A model generated the notes under the pieces. It was not told where the DNA came from. It did no database searches and was given only the letters and a program-made list of their open reading frames with translations. A stretch of DNA of 64,000 nucleotides. It comes from Anthoceros angustus (lineage: Eukaryota; Plantae; Anthocerotophyta). This document shows positions 24,306 through 35,429 of this stretch, piece after piece. The DNA is taken from positions 186,001 through 250,000 of the forward strand of contig VJWM01000209.1 of NCBI GenBank assembly GCA_010909165.1. Direction: 5' to 3'. Position numbers and translations under genes: made by a program. Numbering within the stretch: the first letter of the stretch is position 1; the number at the start of each line of letters is the position of its first letter.

Positions 24306-27202
24306 GTAAGTCGCGGCCTCGTCTGGGGCCTCGGCCGCTGGTTTTTTCTGGAGTAAAATTTTAGAGAGAGAAAATTGACCTTTTGGTCATTGTTTTACCC
24401 AAGAGTAAAATTCATTACAATTATAGTAGAAAATCATCTACCATCAAGGTACAAAACAACGAACCATCCAAGTGGGTAAAATCATCTACCATCAAGGAAA
24501 ATAGAGCACTAGAGTAGAAAACATGGCGACCAAGTGAATACCGGTGGGTCTAGAAGCTCATTCTAGAAATCCCACCAAAATCGCTAATCGACAAAAACAT
24601 TTTACATTAAATAATATTCATGCGGATCCGGGATATACAAAAACCAACAAAGAAACCTTTTCTTTGCGAGTTTCTATATCCGTAATGGCATGAAATACAA
24701 ATTCAACTAATGAAGAGTAAATACCGTAATAGATTGAACTCGCTAGATTGAACTCTACTTCAACAACAATGGAACCTACAAACAAAACGAAACAAAGACA
24801 CAAACCGTGATTAGGTGATACTAGAAAACACCGGAAATAATCATAGCAAATACTTAGGAAATGATACTCACCTTATTTAGGAAATTGATATAATTATCTG
24901 ATTGAAAACGTAATTTTCACGACCACTTGGCTTGATTGGCGCTTGTACAAAGATCATTCTTGGCAACCAATTGATGAAGCGAGGACTTGGACGAAATTGT
25001 CCGGCTTCGCAAGGTGACAACCTAATAAAATACAACCATTGATTTTCAATGTATCGATTAATAAAGAGCATAAGAAAACTTACCAATCGACGGATTTTCG
25101 CAGAGAGGTGCAAATATCTCGAGGCACATTCTTACGCTCTGTTCTCTTTTCCACTGCTTGAACCTCTTGCGCTCATCGCTGGCCGCTTTCTCTTGATGCT
25201 TAATGTGCTCTTGTCTCCTCTCCACATTTCTCCGCCTGAATCTCAAGGGCTTTCTCTCTTTGCTTAGAGACTCGTAATTCAACCGCTACGCCTCTGTCTC
25301 TCTATAAGAGCCTCCAAATCCTTTTGCCTGAAACTCCAATTCTTTACATCTATCATACTCCAATTCCGTACTCGCGCAATCTCGAAGCGCTCAAAGCCAC
25401 TTCCATTTCCATTTGCACAGTGCAATACAATATCGAGGTGCTACCAGCCACATTTTACATCTGGTTAACTTCAGATGACTGATCACACTCACTATGCACA
25501 ATGCCCTCCAACAGAGGGACCACTGCATCGACTTCCCTCAGAGCTGTATCAATGTTGAAATGAGGGAGTAAGGCTGCTTACACTAGTCGCAGGATTCACA
25601 ACCTGCCAAGATAAACATAATCAGGAAACTCCAAAAGAAGTGAAAACAAACAAACAAAAAGAATCAACCTTGTCAACATATGGAATTTCACTAGAACACC
25701 CAGTCGTTGGTCTGCTGTTATCCATCTGGATGCCTTGGCCATTGCTTTCGGAGGTATGTTTGCAACCAAAACACCACGATCTCCACACCCGTAACAAGAC
25801 CGGATGATTAAAACAGATCCAACATGGCGGCCAAGGAACTCGACAATACCAACTGAACTTGAGACACGTGGACCACATGGTGCGAAAACTCGATTCGGTC
25901 GACATTGTTCAAAGGTGCCTTTCATGATGAACAACGGGGTGTACAGAGACCTAACACACAAAACAAGTCGGGACGATTAGTCAAAACAAGTCCTACAAAC
26001 TTGCAACAAATCTCAAACACTTACATTGTTAACTGTTGCACTCGCAAGTGCGATCTTGGTGACTAGAAAATACAATTTCGAGTCACATTGAGGAGCTGAT
26101 TGGAAGAACACCCTTAAATCATCCCGCATCCGATTCGTTCTTCGTTCAAAAGCTCGATAGGATCGCCGTTCACGAGAACAAGGACTCTTCTTTGCTTGGA
26201 CGGACGGTCATATCGCAAACCATATCAACATCGAGGAAGGAACATACAAAGGACTCAAATGTCACAAGCTTTCAAAACATATTACCTTGAGAATCCAGCA
26301 TCCGTTTTATGGCGGTCACACTTCTCCGGCCCGGAAGGCACAGCCATCGTCAAGCGTGTAATCATTGTTACACAGCTCTTATTGGTGTAATAGCCAGCCC
26401 TTGCTTCAGCCATGGTCTTCATGAACCTTGACAACATTCCTTTTGAAACACGGAGTTTTGCATACCAAGCCTAGCCAAAAACAAGCAGTTAGTAAATACA
26501 AACCACAAAACTTAAGCCCAAATAACAACAAACTTACATTTGATCTTGGGTTATCAATCGTTGAATTGAACAAAACCCCGAATTGATGATTTTTGTCGTT
26601 TCGAGACCACTTGGGAGAGTGTTCAATATGACTCTAAAAGTTTCGATAACATCCGTAAATCTTGACCTTTTTGGAAATGCTCACTCTGGTAATTCTTCAT
26701 GTCCACTTTGTAATTTTTGAAAGCCGTTCTTGATACCGCAAATAAAAGCGAGCTTCTGATACATCAAAACAACCAAAACATAGACGTCAAAGATACAATG
26801 AACAAAACAACCAAAACATCTTGAACAAAGGTCCTTTTGAATCTGAGAACGAGAAGTCACGATGAGCGGTTATGTAACTCTTCACCACCTCGAACTCCAA
26901 ACTGGTCATGCAAAAATATGCACACACAAAACAATAGAGGCATAAGGCCTCCGGTTTAAAACCATAAATGAACAATCAAAGTGCACCCCTAAACCAACAA
27001 TATTACCTTTTTGAGCCCCGCCCAAATGAGCATTGATGATCTCGTGTGAAAGAATCCGCTCATCATCGTAAATCAACTTCACCTCTTTTCGACATGACAC
27101 AATCCCAAGGTCCTTCTTTGATTTTCATGGACGCAACCAACATTTGCACAGGACCCATGGAAAATTCCATGAAACATGTTGATCACCGGAACATCAGAAC
27201 CA
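24306..27202 (-). mobile_element. Crypton-like element copy 2, part carrying the catalytic half of the YR gene
   Basis: Colinear with 11554-14470, with FGVRGGEE at ~26880-26900 and YYTNKSC at ~26375. It stops abruptly after gatcaccggaacatcagaacca. Confidence 0.85.
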
Positions 27203-27950
27203 CGTCATCTTTGGTACTCTGGTACCCTCCAATTCCAACAAACATCTCTCAGAGTTCTTACTATGTACCTGCCAATGCTTTTGAAGCTCTTTCCATCTCC
27301 TCATGGACTAACGTTCTGCTTTCTCACTCGTAATCCTAATCTCAAGATCATGACTTGTGGAGATGGCGGTTCCTGCACTGCCAAGTGCAAGCGGGTACCC
27401 CGGCTTTGTAAAAGTGAGGGCCAGCTGTGCCAGATTCTTTTCCTTTGTGTGCCTCCTGCAGACATGAGCCAGTGTGTCACGTATGGCGTGTCCTCCTTCA
27501 CTACGGCGCCAAACACTGGGTAGACGCTGTTGGCAATGAGCTTTTCATGATCCTTGCCATGCAGCTGCAGAGGGATGCGGGCAATCCGTTCATCGGTTTT
27601 GCTCCAGCTTCTCCGGTCGAGTCGATAGTGGTATCTCGAATCACAAATCCACCATGACCTGTGTTTGTACAAAGCATCCGCCTCCCAAAGAAGACATCAA
27701 ATATACGCATCTTGACCAAGCACTGTACCGACAAAGGTGAAGTCTTGTTCTCCAACCCATAAAAGTGGCAAATTGAAAGGCAAACTGCGAGCATCAATCC
27801 TTCCACTTTCCAGGAGATGCACTGTGCAGGAGGTGAAGAAGGAGAGCGACCCCTACACCCCACGAGCATCATGTGACTAAGGCGGTCTGGGCCTTGAGAC
27901 TCCATCGAGCAGCCAGGAATTGAGGTGCTGCCCCGCCTATTTGCGCCACA
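27203..27950 (-). mobile_element. Diverged gypsy protease-linker remnant
   Basis: FDVFFGRR...HGGFV...RIARIPLQ is homologous to 10130-10280. QEPPSPQV resembles LQPPSEEV upstream of the MTase at ~5720. Confidence 0.65.
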
Positions 27951-28457
27951 GGTGAGCAGCAAGGCCTGGAATGCCTGCCAAACAGCACCCGAACCCTTGC
28001 TGAAGATTTCTCCCCCGGGTTTGTTTTGATTTATTTTCAAAATACTAAATTAAAAAAAAGGCACCCGAGCCGGGTTGAGGAAGACATTCGGGAAAGATCT
28101 GGTAGTGATCGATCGGGACATAACGCAATCTCAGCTAGATCAATCTTCCTCTACCTACGTAACTGATTAAGCAAACCTATACGTGACCGTTGGGCGTGGG
28201 AGGGATGGGGGCTTCGATGGACATGGTGGGACCACGGCAACCGGCGGGCAGGTTTGTTACCGTACGCGTCTGCCTCGGAAGGAGAGCCGCATCCAGACAC
28301 GCAGCATCCAGACACAAATGCTCATTCTGATGATGCTGCGGTAATGGAGAATCGGAACAAGAGATGCAGCTTTGCGTGCGGCCGGATGGGGGACAAGTGG
28401 AGACGACAAGTTAAAAGATGGAGAGGCAGAAGCTCTGTCGATGAAGGGGTTTGAGTC

Positions 28458-30004
28458 ATGGGGAGAGCGATTGCACAGGCCCGGCACTATGGCAGATCAG
28501 GAGGCGGCGACCCCGCCGACATGCTGGAGCTGGTGGAGAAGCAGAGGCCGCCGGCTGGCTCTACCCCGCCTGGATCGCTGCTGGTGCGCATCACCATGCG
28601 CGCCATCAATCCCACCGATCTCATGACCGTCCGGTACGACAGGTTCCAGGACCTGGTGGACGCGGATCCCGCCACCCAGGTGATAGTGGGCAGCGATGGA
28701 TGCGGCGTCGTCGATGAGGTGAGCTGAATTTGTTGGATTTGGACCTGGTGATGTGAGAACGGTGGTATGTGCTGGTTGGTCGTGGCGACTGGCGACTGAT
28801 CCGAGGATTGCGGTGCATCCGGATCCGTGTGTGTGGTCAGATCGGAGACGGCGTGACCCAGTTCCGGGTCGGGCAGAGAGTGACGCCAATCATCTTCCCC
28901 AGGTACTTAAAGGACGCGCAGGGGTCGTGGCAGGAGTACCTTGTGGTGGACGCGGCGCACGTGTTTGCGACGCCTGAGAGCGTGAGCGACGAGGCTGCCG
29001 CGCAGTTCGTCGTGAATTCGTGCACCGCTGCGGGCTTGTTGAAGGAGGTTGGAGTCCCTGCGGGCGAATTCGTGCTGCAGACTGCTGCTTCCTCTGTGAT
29101 TGGAAGGTAACGGGCCCGATCGATTTGTCCTTTTCGATTCCAATGATGTTGTCCAAGGGATGGGGACGAGGGATTGCCTTGTGTCATGGGCTCCCGAGTG
29201 TGAGACCACCACATTTAATCTGAATGTGGGTGCTCAAAAATTCTGATCCATGGGTTCAGTGCCTGATCATGAGGCGTGCATCGGACGTGCATCCACAGGC
29301 AGGTGATTCAGCTGGCCAGGCACTGGGGGATCAAGACTATCAACATTGTGAGGCGGGATTCTGTAAAGGCGGAGTTGGAAGCTCTCGGAGCCGACGTTGT
29401 CATCAATTCCTGCTGCGAAGGTTCATGAACTGAATTCATTCCAGACGCAGGACCAGATCAAAAGCATGCATTTATGCAGCCTTGAAGTACTAGTTCCTCT
29501 ATCTCTGATTGTGGGCAACACGCTGCCGGTATCAGATGTGCTGCAGACGGTGAAGGAAGTGACAGGAGGCAAGCTTGTGTACGCAGCGTTTGACGCAGTG
29601 GTTGGAGATATAACTCCGGTAACTTGTGTATTCTATTTCGTTCTCTTTTCTCTTATGGTGGTTGCATAAAAATGACTTTAATTTATTGTAATTTGAATGC
29701 AGACGGTGGCATCGTGTGTGAGAGAGTCCGGGAGGCTACTACCGTGGGGAGCGTTGGCCTCTTGGGATGTGAAGCTCGGGTTGCAAGACCTGATGCGGAA
29801 AGTGAAAGTAGAATGGTGGATTTTGCCCGACTTTGCACCCACGGAGGCGGAGTTGAAGAGACTCGGAGATGAAGTTATGGTGCTTTTAGAGAAGAAAGTC
29901 ATCCAGCCTTTGGCTGGAGAAAAGTTTGATTTGGCTGATTATCGGAAAGCACTTCTCTTTACTGAAAAGCCAGCCGGGGTGGAAAAGTATATCTCGTAGG
30001 ATAA
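28458..30004 (+). CDS. NADPH-dependent medium-chain reductase, enoyl-thioester-reductase-like / quinone oxidoreductase family (5 exons)
   Basis: Exons ~28458-28718, 28841-29106, 29299-29420, 29536-29618 and 29703-30004. Motifs LLVRITMRAINPTDL, GSDGCGVV, GSWQEY, VLQTAASSVIGRQVIQLA..GIKTINIVRR, LGADVVIN. A probable 1-bp error near the C-terminus would restore GGKVYLVG*. Confidence 0.9.
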
Positions 30005-30282
30005 CATGAGAGTAGAAAAGAATCTTAAGAGGCCAATGGAGACTTTATTACGAAAAAGAGATGGAAACCCACCTACCCAAGATAAGGGAACAACCCTTAA
30101 GAGGGCACGAGACCATGGGGACTAATCCTATTGTCGCCAATCTGCCTACTGCGCCAAGGATGTCAAAATCGGGATAGGAAACGGCTCTTATCACTGGTGT
30201 CGAACATATCGCCTACCCGCCATCATCCCATCGCGTTGGCCACCACGCAGGTGAGACATTAGTTGCCTACAAAGCGCTGAAA

Positions 30283-30780
30283 GAGGCCAACCCCACTCCC
30301 AGGCTTGTGGTGATACAGAAAGAGGGGGCCAACCCCACTCCTAGGCTTGTGGTGATACAGGAAGGAGGAAGGCCAACCCCACTCCTAGGCTTGTGGTGAT
30401 AAGGAAAGAGGGAGGCCAACCCCACTCCTAGGCTTGTGGTGATAGGAAAGAGGTAGGCCAACCCCACTCCTAGGCTTGTGGTGATACAGAAAGAGGGAGG
30501 CCAACCCCACTCCTAGGCTTGTGGTGATACAGAAAGAGGTAGGCCAACCCCACTCCTAGGCTTGTGGTGATACAGGAAAGAGGGAGGCCAACCCCACTCC
30601 TAGGCTTGTGGTGATACAGGAAAGAGGTAGGCCAACCCCACTCCTAGGCTTGTTGTGATACAGGAAAGAGGGAGGCCAACCCCACTCCTAGGCTTGTGGT
30701 GATACAGGAAAGAGGGAGGCCAACCCCACTCCTAGGCTTGTGGTACTCACCCAACCCCACTCCTACACTTGTGGTACTCC
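30283..30780. repeat. Minisatellite, ~11-12 units of 42-44 bp
   Basis: Unit ggccaaccccactcctaggcttgtggtgatac(a/g)gaaagagg(g/t)a. Confidence 0.95.
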
Positions 30781-30974
30781 TTGGCACAATGCCTTTAAGA
30801 GCCTAGAAAAGCCCTTGCCCGTGGCCCATGGGTCTCTATGGCGAGGGGATGAAGACGTGGCCTTATTGACTCACCAACCAAGAGAGGCCATGTTGCAGCC
30901 CCATCTTATGCATGTTGTACGTTGTTGCAGGCGGGTGAATCGGAAGACGTTCTCCACTAACACTTACGATATGG

Positions 30975-31165
30975 AAATTGGTCTTCTTCTCAAATCTTGT
31001 GACGCGCTCTCCAGCATTGACCTCTTCGACAACCTTTTATCAGGCTCCATTCCTGATCACTTGCCTATAGACTTCCCTATCCATGTCTCTCTCACCTTGT
31101 CCGGTAACACCATCCAGGTCTAGGGGCAAATTCCAGTTGACATTGTGATGTGCCAGTTTCTCAAT
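30975..31165 (+). pseudogene. Plant LRR (RLK/RLP ectodomain) fragment
   Basis: LKSCDALSSIDLFDNLLSGSIP...LTLSGNT...GQIPVDI..CQFLN fits the plant LxxLxLxxNxLSGxIP consensus. It contains a stop codon. Confidence 0.75.
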
Positions 31166-31841
31166 CAAACATCTCATTCATCTCCACAAGCCTGAAGGCA
31201 TGGCAGGTAGTGTATTCGTCTAGTACATTAGTAAAGAAAAATGGGCTGCTAACATGACTTCAAATCTCTATCACATCCAAGTTGTCAGCGATAATCAGCT
31301 ATCTTTTGCCACATGATACCCGCATCACTTCATTGCTTAGAGCACCCGAGCACATGCACCACTAAAGAATATTAAGATGTTTAAATTTGGCTTCTACTGC
31401 AACTTGTGTACAAAGACAGGAATGTATGCATTACATGCATATGAATCCCCTAAAACAAGTGGGTCAAATGGTAGTGATTCAAGTGACTCAAACTACAAGA
31501 ACTGCAAGTACAAACACCAAAATTGAGTAAAGTGTGGCTCTGCTACCCGGATACTTGTGGGATCTGCCTATTGACCAACAAAGCAAGTTTAAAAGAGAAG
31601 CTTGATTGCTTGTGAGCCTGCTGGGATGTCATTGAGGAGTACCATGGAATTTGCTCCCATGAGCCAGGTGTGTGGAGTCGGCCTGTCGGAAGTGCCTGAA
31701 GTGTGTGCACCCAACTCCAGGTTGATTTGTTGCATATTGATGTAGATTGTCTACCTGTCCACTGTCGGGATCACACTTCCCTCCGTTGTGACTGTGGTTC
31801 TTACTAAAGTATCTTGTGTTTGAAATGTGAGCAATTACTTC

Positions 31842-32505
31842 CCGTGCTTGTAGCTGAGGGCAAGCAGATTTTGTTAAGCCCGCAGCAGATCGATCCCTGC
31901 GAAGCTGTCTTTCATGAGCGAGGCTGCAAATCCCGAAGGCTGCCTCACCACTTCCTCAGGCTCCACTTCCCGGGTTCGCACGGACACGACGCTGTTCCCG
32001 AAATAGGACGCCGGGGGCAGGCTGCAGTCGGGATCGGATGAAGACGTCCTGCGCTCCTTGGCATCCACAACAGTGCCGAACGTGCATTTCCCGTTTCCCT
32101 TCGCTTCACTGATACAGATCTGGAGCCTGGCTCTCGTCACACATTGCCACAAGTGCCCGCAAACGCAGGTGACAGTGGAGAAACTCTGGCCACCGGTGTT
32201 CGTTGCAGCAAGCGCTTTGAGCTTCCGGATGCCGGCCTCCGTGTAATGCACGAGCCTGAGCGTTGGAGGGTGGAGGGCCGGCGCAGTGGCAGCCAAGGCC
32301 CGAGCGGTTGCCCCCATGTCACGCGCCCAAAGCACGGCAGGCAGGCCCGGCGGGGTGTGGTCTATGGCCAGGTCCTGGTCGGAAAAGGTCCCGGGCTCGG
32401 CGAACAGCAGCTGGGCTCGGCCATGGTGGCCCCGCCGCTGGTGAAGGCGTCCGACCATGCTCTCAGGAACTGCGATGCAGCAAAGCCGTCCGCCACAGTG
32501 TGCAG
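31842..32505 (-). pseudogene. BAHD acyltransferase pseudogene (partial paralogue of the 57464-59032 gene)
   Basis: Near-identical to 58063-58760 (LHTVADGF...SYFGNSV...IDLLRA), with deletions and a premature stop. It is cut at 32505 by a copia LTR. Confidence 0.9.
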
Positions 32506-32774
32506 TGTTGAGATTGTGCTAGTTAGAGCCCTACTTAGGGCACGTTTGAACAATACTTTTAGTTATTACTTAGGTTACTGAGATATGAGTAGGTATCCTA
32601 GATTCGGTTTTATAACTACTTTTATATGTTGTCCTTGACGTGGTTGTTTCACTCTCAATTGTTTTTCTGCCTTTCCTCTCTACGCTTCCGTGTCATGCCA
32701 TGCTCTGGCATGGTATCAGAGCATCAGGCAATTTCTAACTTGAACTCTTAGCATGCTGTGTAGATGCTAACACA

Positions 32775-33281
32775 ATGCCTAGGCACGGTAGCAAAAATGC
32801 TGGGTACTTAATAGGAGATTCCCTAGTCTACCGTGGCCAGAGAAACCCTACACGGGTACAACCAGTTCATAGATTAGCACCTACACAGTGCAGGTGCAAT
32901 TCAAGGATAGACACTACATTCAATAGTAGACAGCCAACAAATCTGGCAATCCAAGCCATAGAACTCCAAATTGAGGACATAGAGGCTCGCCAATTACAGA
33001 TCTGGCACTTTCTCCAGCACTTTGAAAAGAGTCACCGTCTTGTATCAGCCAACCTAGTTAAGTTGATTACTACAAGACAGTCAGATATTGTCAATCTGCA
33101 CAGAACATTATTTAAGCTAGATCAGAAGGTTACCCAAATTCTTAGATCCAGCCATAGAACAATCAAGAATAGAAATGACGCAATAGCTGTAGATGGCAAC
33201 CTACCCAATGTTCAGTGTATGGAGAACATGTTGTCCAATCTTGCAGTGAGTGGGGAGTTGTCAGGCCTAGATTCCGATTAG
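32775..33281 (+). CDS. Extra 168-aa coiled-coil ORF between the copia PBS and gag
   Basis: Intact ATG-to-stop ORF with heptad-like segments (IQAIELQIEDIEARQ; LHRTLFKLDQKVTQIL). Confidence 0.5.
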   Translation: MPRHGSKNAGYLIGDSLVYRGQRNPTRVQPVHRLAPTQCRCNSRIDTTFNSRQPTNLAIQAIELQIEDIEARQLQIWHFLQHFEKSHRLVSANLVKLITTRQSDIVNLHRTLFKLDQKVTQILRSSHRTIKNRNDAIAVDGNLPNVQCMENMLSNLAVSGELSGLDSD

Positions 33282-33372
33282 AATCAGTATAGAAACTCTG
33301 GATGTGGTCACCTCTACACAGGACATACAGACACATCAAATCTCACCGACCACACATTCTCCCTCCATCAAA

Positions 33373-35412
33373 CATGGCTGCAATAAACACCACAACAATC
33401 AATAACACAATTAAGATTGATTTCAAAGAAAGAGACAGATTTTCAGGGACGGATTATGATATTTGGGCAATGCGTATGCAATCCATACTTGAGGACAATG
33501 ACCTCTGGGCGGTCATTGATGGCACCTATGCCAAACCTGTGACAACCGGGATAAATCCGGTGTCAGCAGCTGATGTTGCAGCCTGGGAGAAGACCGATAG
33601 GAAAGCACGCAATGTGATCTTATCCGGACTTTGATAAGACCACGGCTCATCATGTCACAGGGGCTGGAGATGCAGCCACAGCATGGGCTAACCTGAATCA
33701 ACTCTACGAAGCAGTAGATGCAATGAGCGTATTAAATGCAACAAAGGCATTTTACCACATGCAGATGGGTGAACATGAAGCTGTCTCCGAGCACATTAAA
33801 AAGTTCAGGGCAGCATGGGCTCGATTGTCATCTTGCGGGACGACGTTGACTGAGGCTCAAGCAGCCATAGCTTTGCTGAGTTCTCTTCCCGACAGTGATC
33901 GTACCTTCAAGACAACACAAAACGGAGTCATAAAACAAGCGCAGCTTGCAGCCAAGAAAGGGCAAGGTTCAGATTTCACCACATCAGAATTAATCGGGGC
34001 TCTTATGGAGGAAGAAGCCACACGCGGCCTGGCTGGTACATCCAATTCTACAGCCCAAGGTCGAGCTCTCTTTGTAGTTCGTGGCAGAGGGAGAGGACGA
34101 GGACGCGGTCGAGGCCGTCCTCCTCATAATAATAGGCCGTCTTTCTCATCTTCAGCACCTAGGAGGAAAGGAGCCTGCCATTGGTGCCAAGTAGAAGGAC
34201 ATTACGAGAAAGAATGTCGTAAGAAAAGTGCTGGAGAGCCCAGGAGAGGAGTACCACCTTCAGCTAATATTACACAACAGAAATCACAAGTTCTCTTAGC
34301 TGTTTACCTTGTCACCTCAAAGAATGACACCAACAGTTGGTACATTGATAGTGGGGCTTCAGCTCATATTTGTCATACTAGATCCTTCTTTTCATCATAT
34401 CACCCTTGTGAACCAGGAAATTTTGTATTGCTGGGTGATGGCAGTGGCCTGCAAGTCCAAGGAAGAGGCACTGTGCTGTTGTCCTGTGAGGGAGGTAGGA
34501 GTCTGAAATTAGAGGATGTCTACCATGTCCCTCAAATGTCAAAGAATCTAGTTTCAGTTCGTAGACTTACGTTGTCAAATCAGTACAGTATTCACTTTAC
34601 TAGAGACACCTGTATGATCCAGGACACAGTCAGTTCTTCTGATGCATCATGTCTTTGCACTGATCGCCCATTTAATGACTTATACAAAATAGATACGCCC
34701 CCACCATCTGTCCTTAACATTGCAAACTTGGCTCAACCCAAGCAATCAGTGCTATGGCATCATAGGCTTGCACATGTAAATTCACGTAAGTTAGTTGCTC
34801 TCAGTCAAAGTAATCTTTATGCAGAATCCTTACCTCATTTGTCTCCGTTACCATTTTGTGAATCCTGTGTGTATGCCAAGAGTCGTGTAGCTCCCTATCC
34901 TATTGGTCCTGCAACTCGAGCAACCTCTCCATAGAACTGGTCCACACAGATCTATGTGGTCCTATGCCATGTGCCTCATTCAATCAATCTTTGTACTTCA
35001 TGCCTATTGTGGACGATGCCACCAGAATGACACACACATATTTTCTACGGCATAAATCTGAAGCAGCGGACAGGTTTCTTGAGTACATCAGTATGGCCGA
35101 ACGACAACTCAATATCAAGCTGAAAGCTGTTCGCACAGATGGTGGAGGTGAATTTGTAGCTGGTGCATTTGCACATTTGTGCACCTCTAAGGGTATCATT
35201 ATGCAGAGAAGTGTGCCGTACTCTCAAGCACAAAATGGAGTAGCTGAGCGCTGTCATCAATGGCTTGTCGAAGCCGTTAGAGCCATGCTTCATAGTTCAG
35301 GACTGTCTAAGCAATACTGGGCAGAAGCCATTTCAACGGCCACCTACCTCAAAAATCGACTACCCACAGCTGCTGTTGATGGTGTCACCCCTTATGAGAG
35401 TTGGATAGGAAA
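33373..35412 (+). pseudogene. Copia gag-protease-integrase (frameshifts at ~33630 and ~34930)
   Basis: FSGTDYDIWAMRMQSILEDNDLW; knuckle CHWCQVEGHYEKEC; protease WYIDSGASAH; LWHHRLAH..CESC; integrase LVHTDLCGP, RTDGGGEF, NGVAER. Confidence 0.93.
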
Positions 35413-35429
35413 CAGTGTTTCTCAGTATA

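Larger units (their letters stand above)
32506..35412 (+). mobile_element. Ty1/copia LTR retrotransposon, 3'-truncated (no RT/RNaseH/3' LTR)
   Basis: LTR TGTTG...GGCA at 32506-32710, tRNA-iMet PBS TGGTATCAGAGC at 32711-32722, then gag-PR-IN order. Confidence 0.95.

Noticed and set aside
27215-27260. EMFVGIGG on the minus strand as an MTase motif I
   Set aside because: Spacing from the EPPS linker and downstream similarity fit the remnant at 47880-48000 better, so this is probably chance.
30283-30780. CRISPR-like array
   Set aside because: The inter-repeat segments are near-identical ~11-bp purine runs, not unique spacers. There are no cas genes and the context is eukaryotic.
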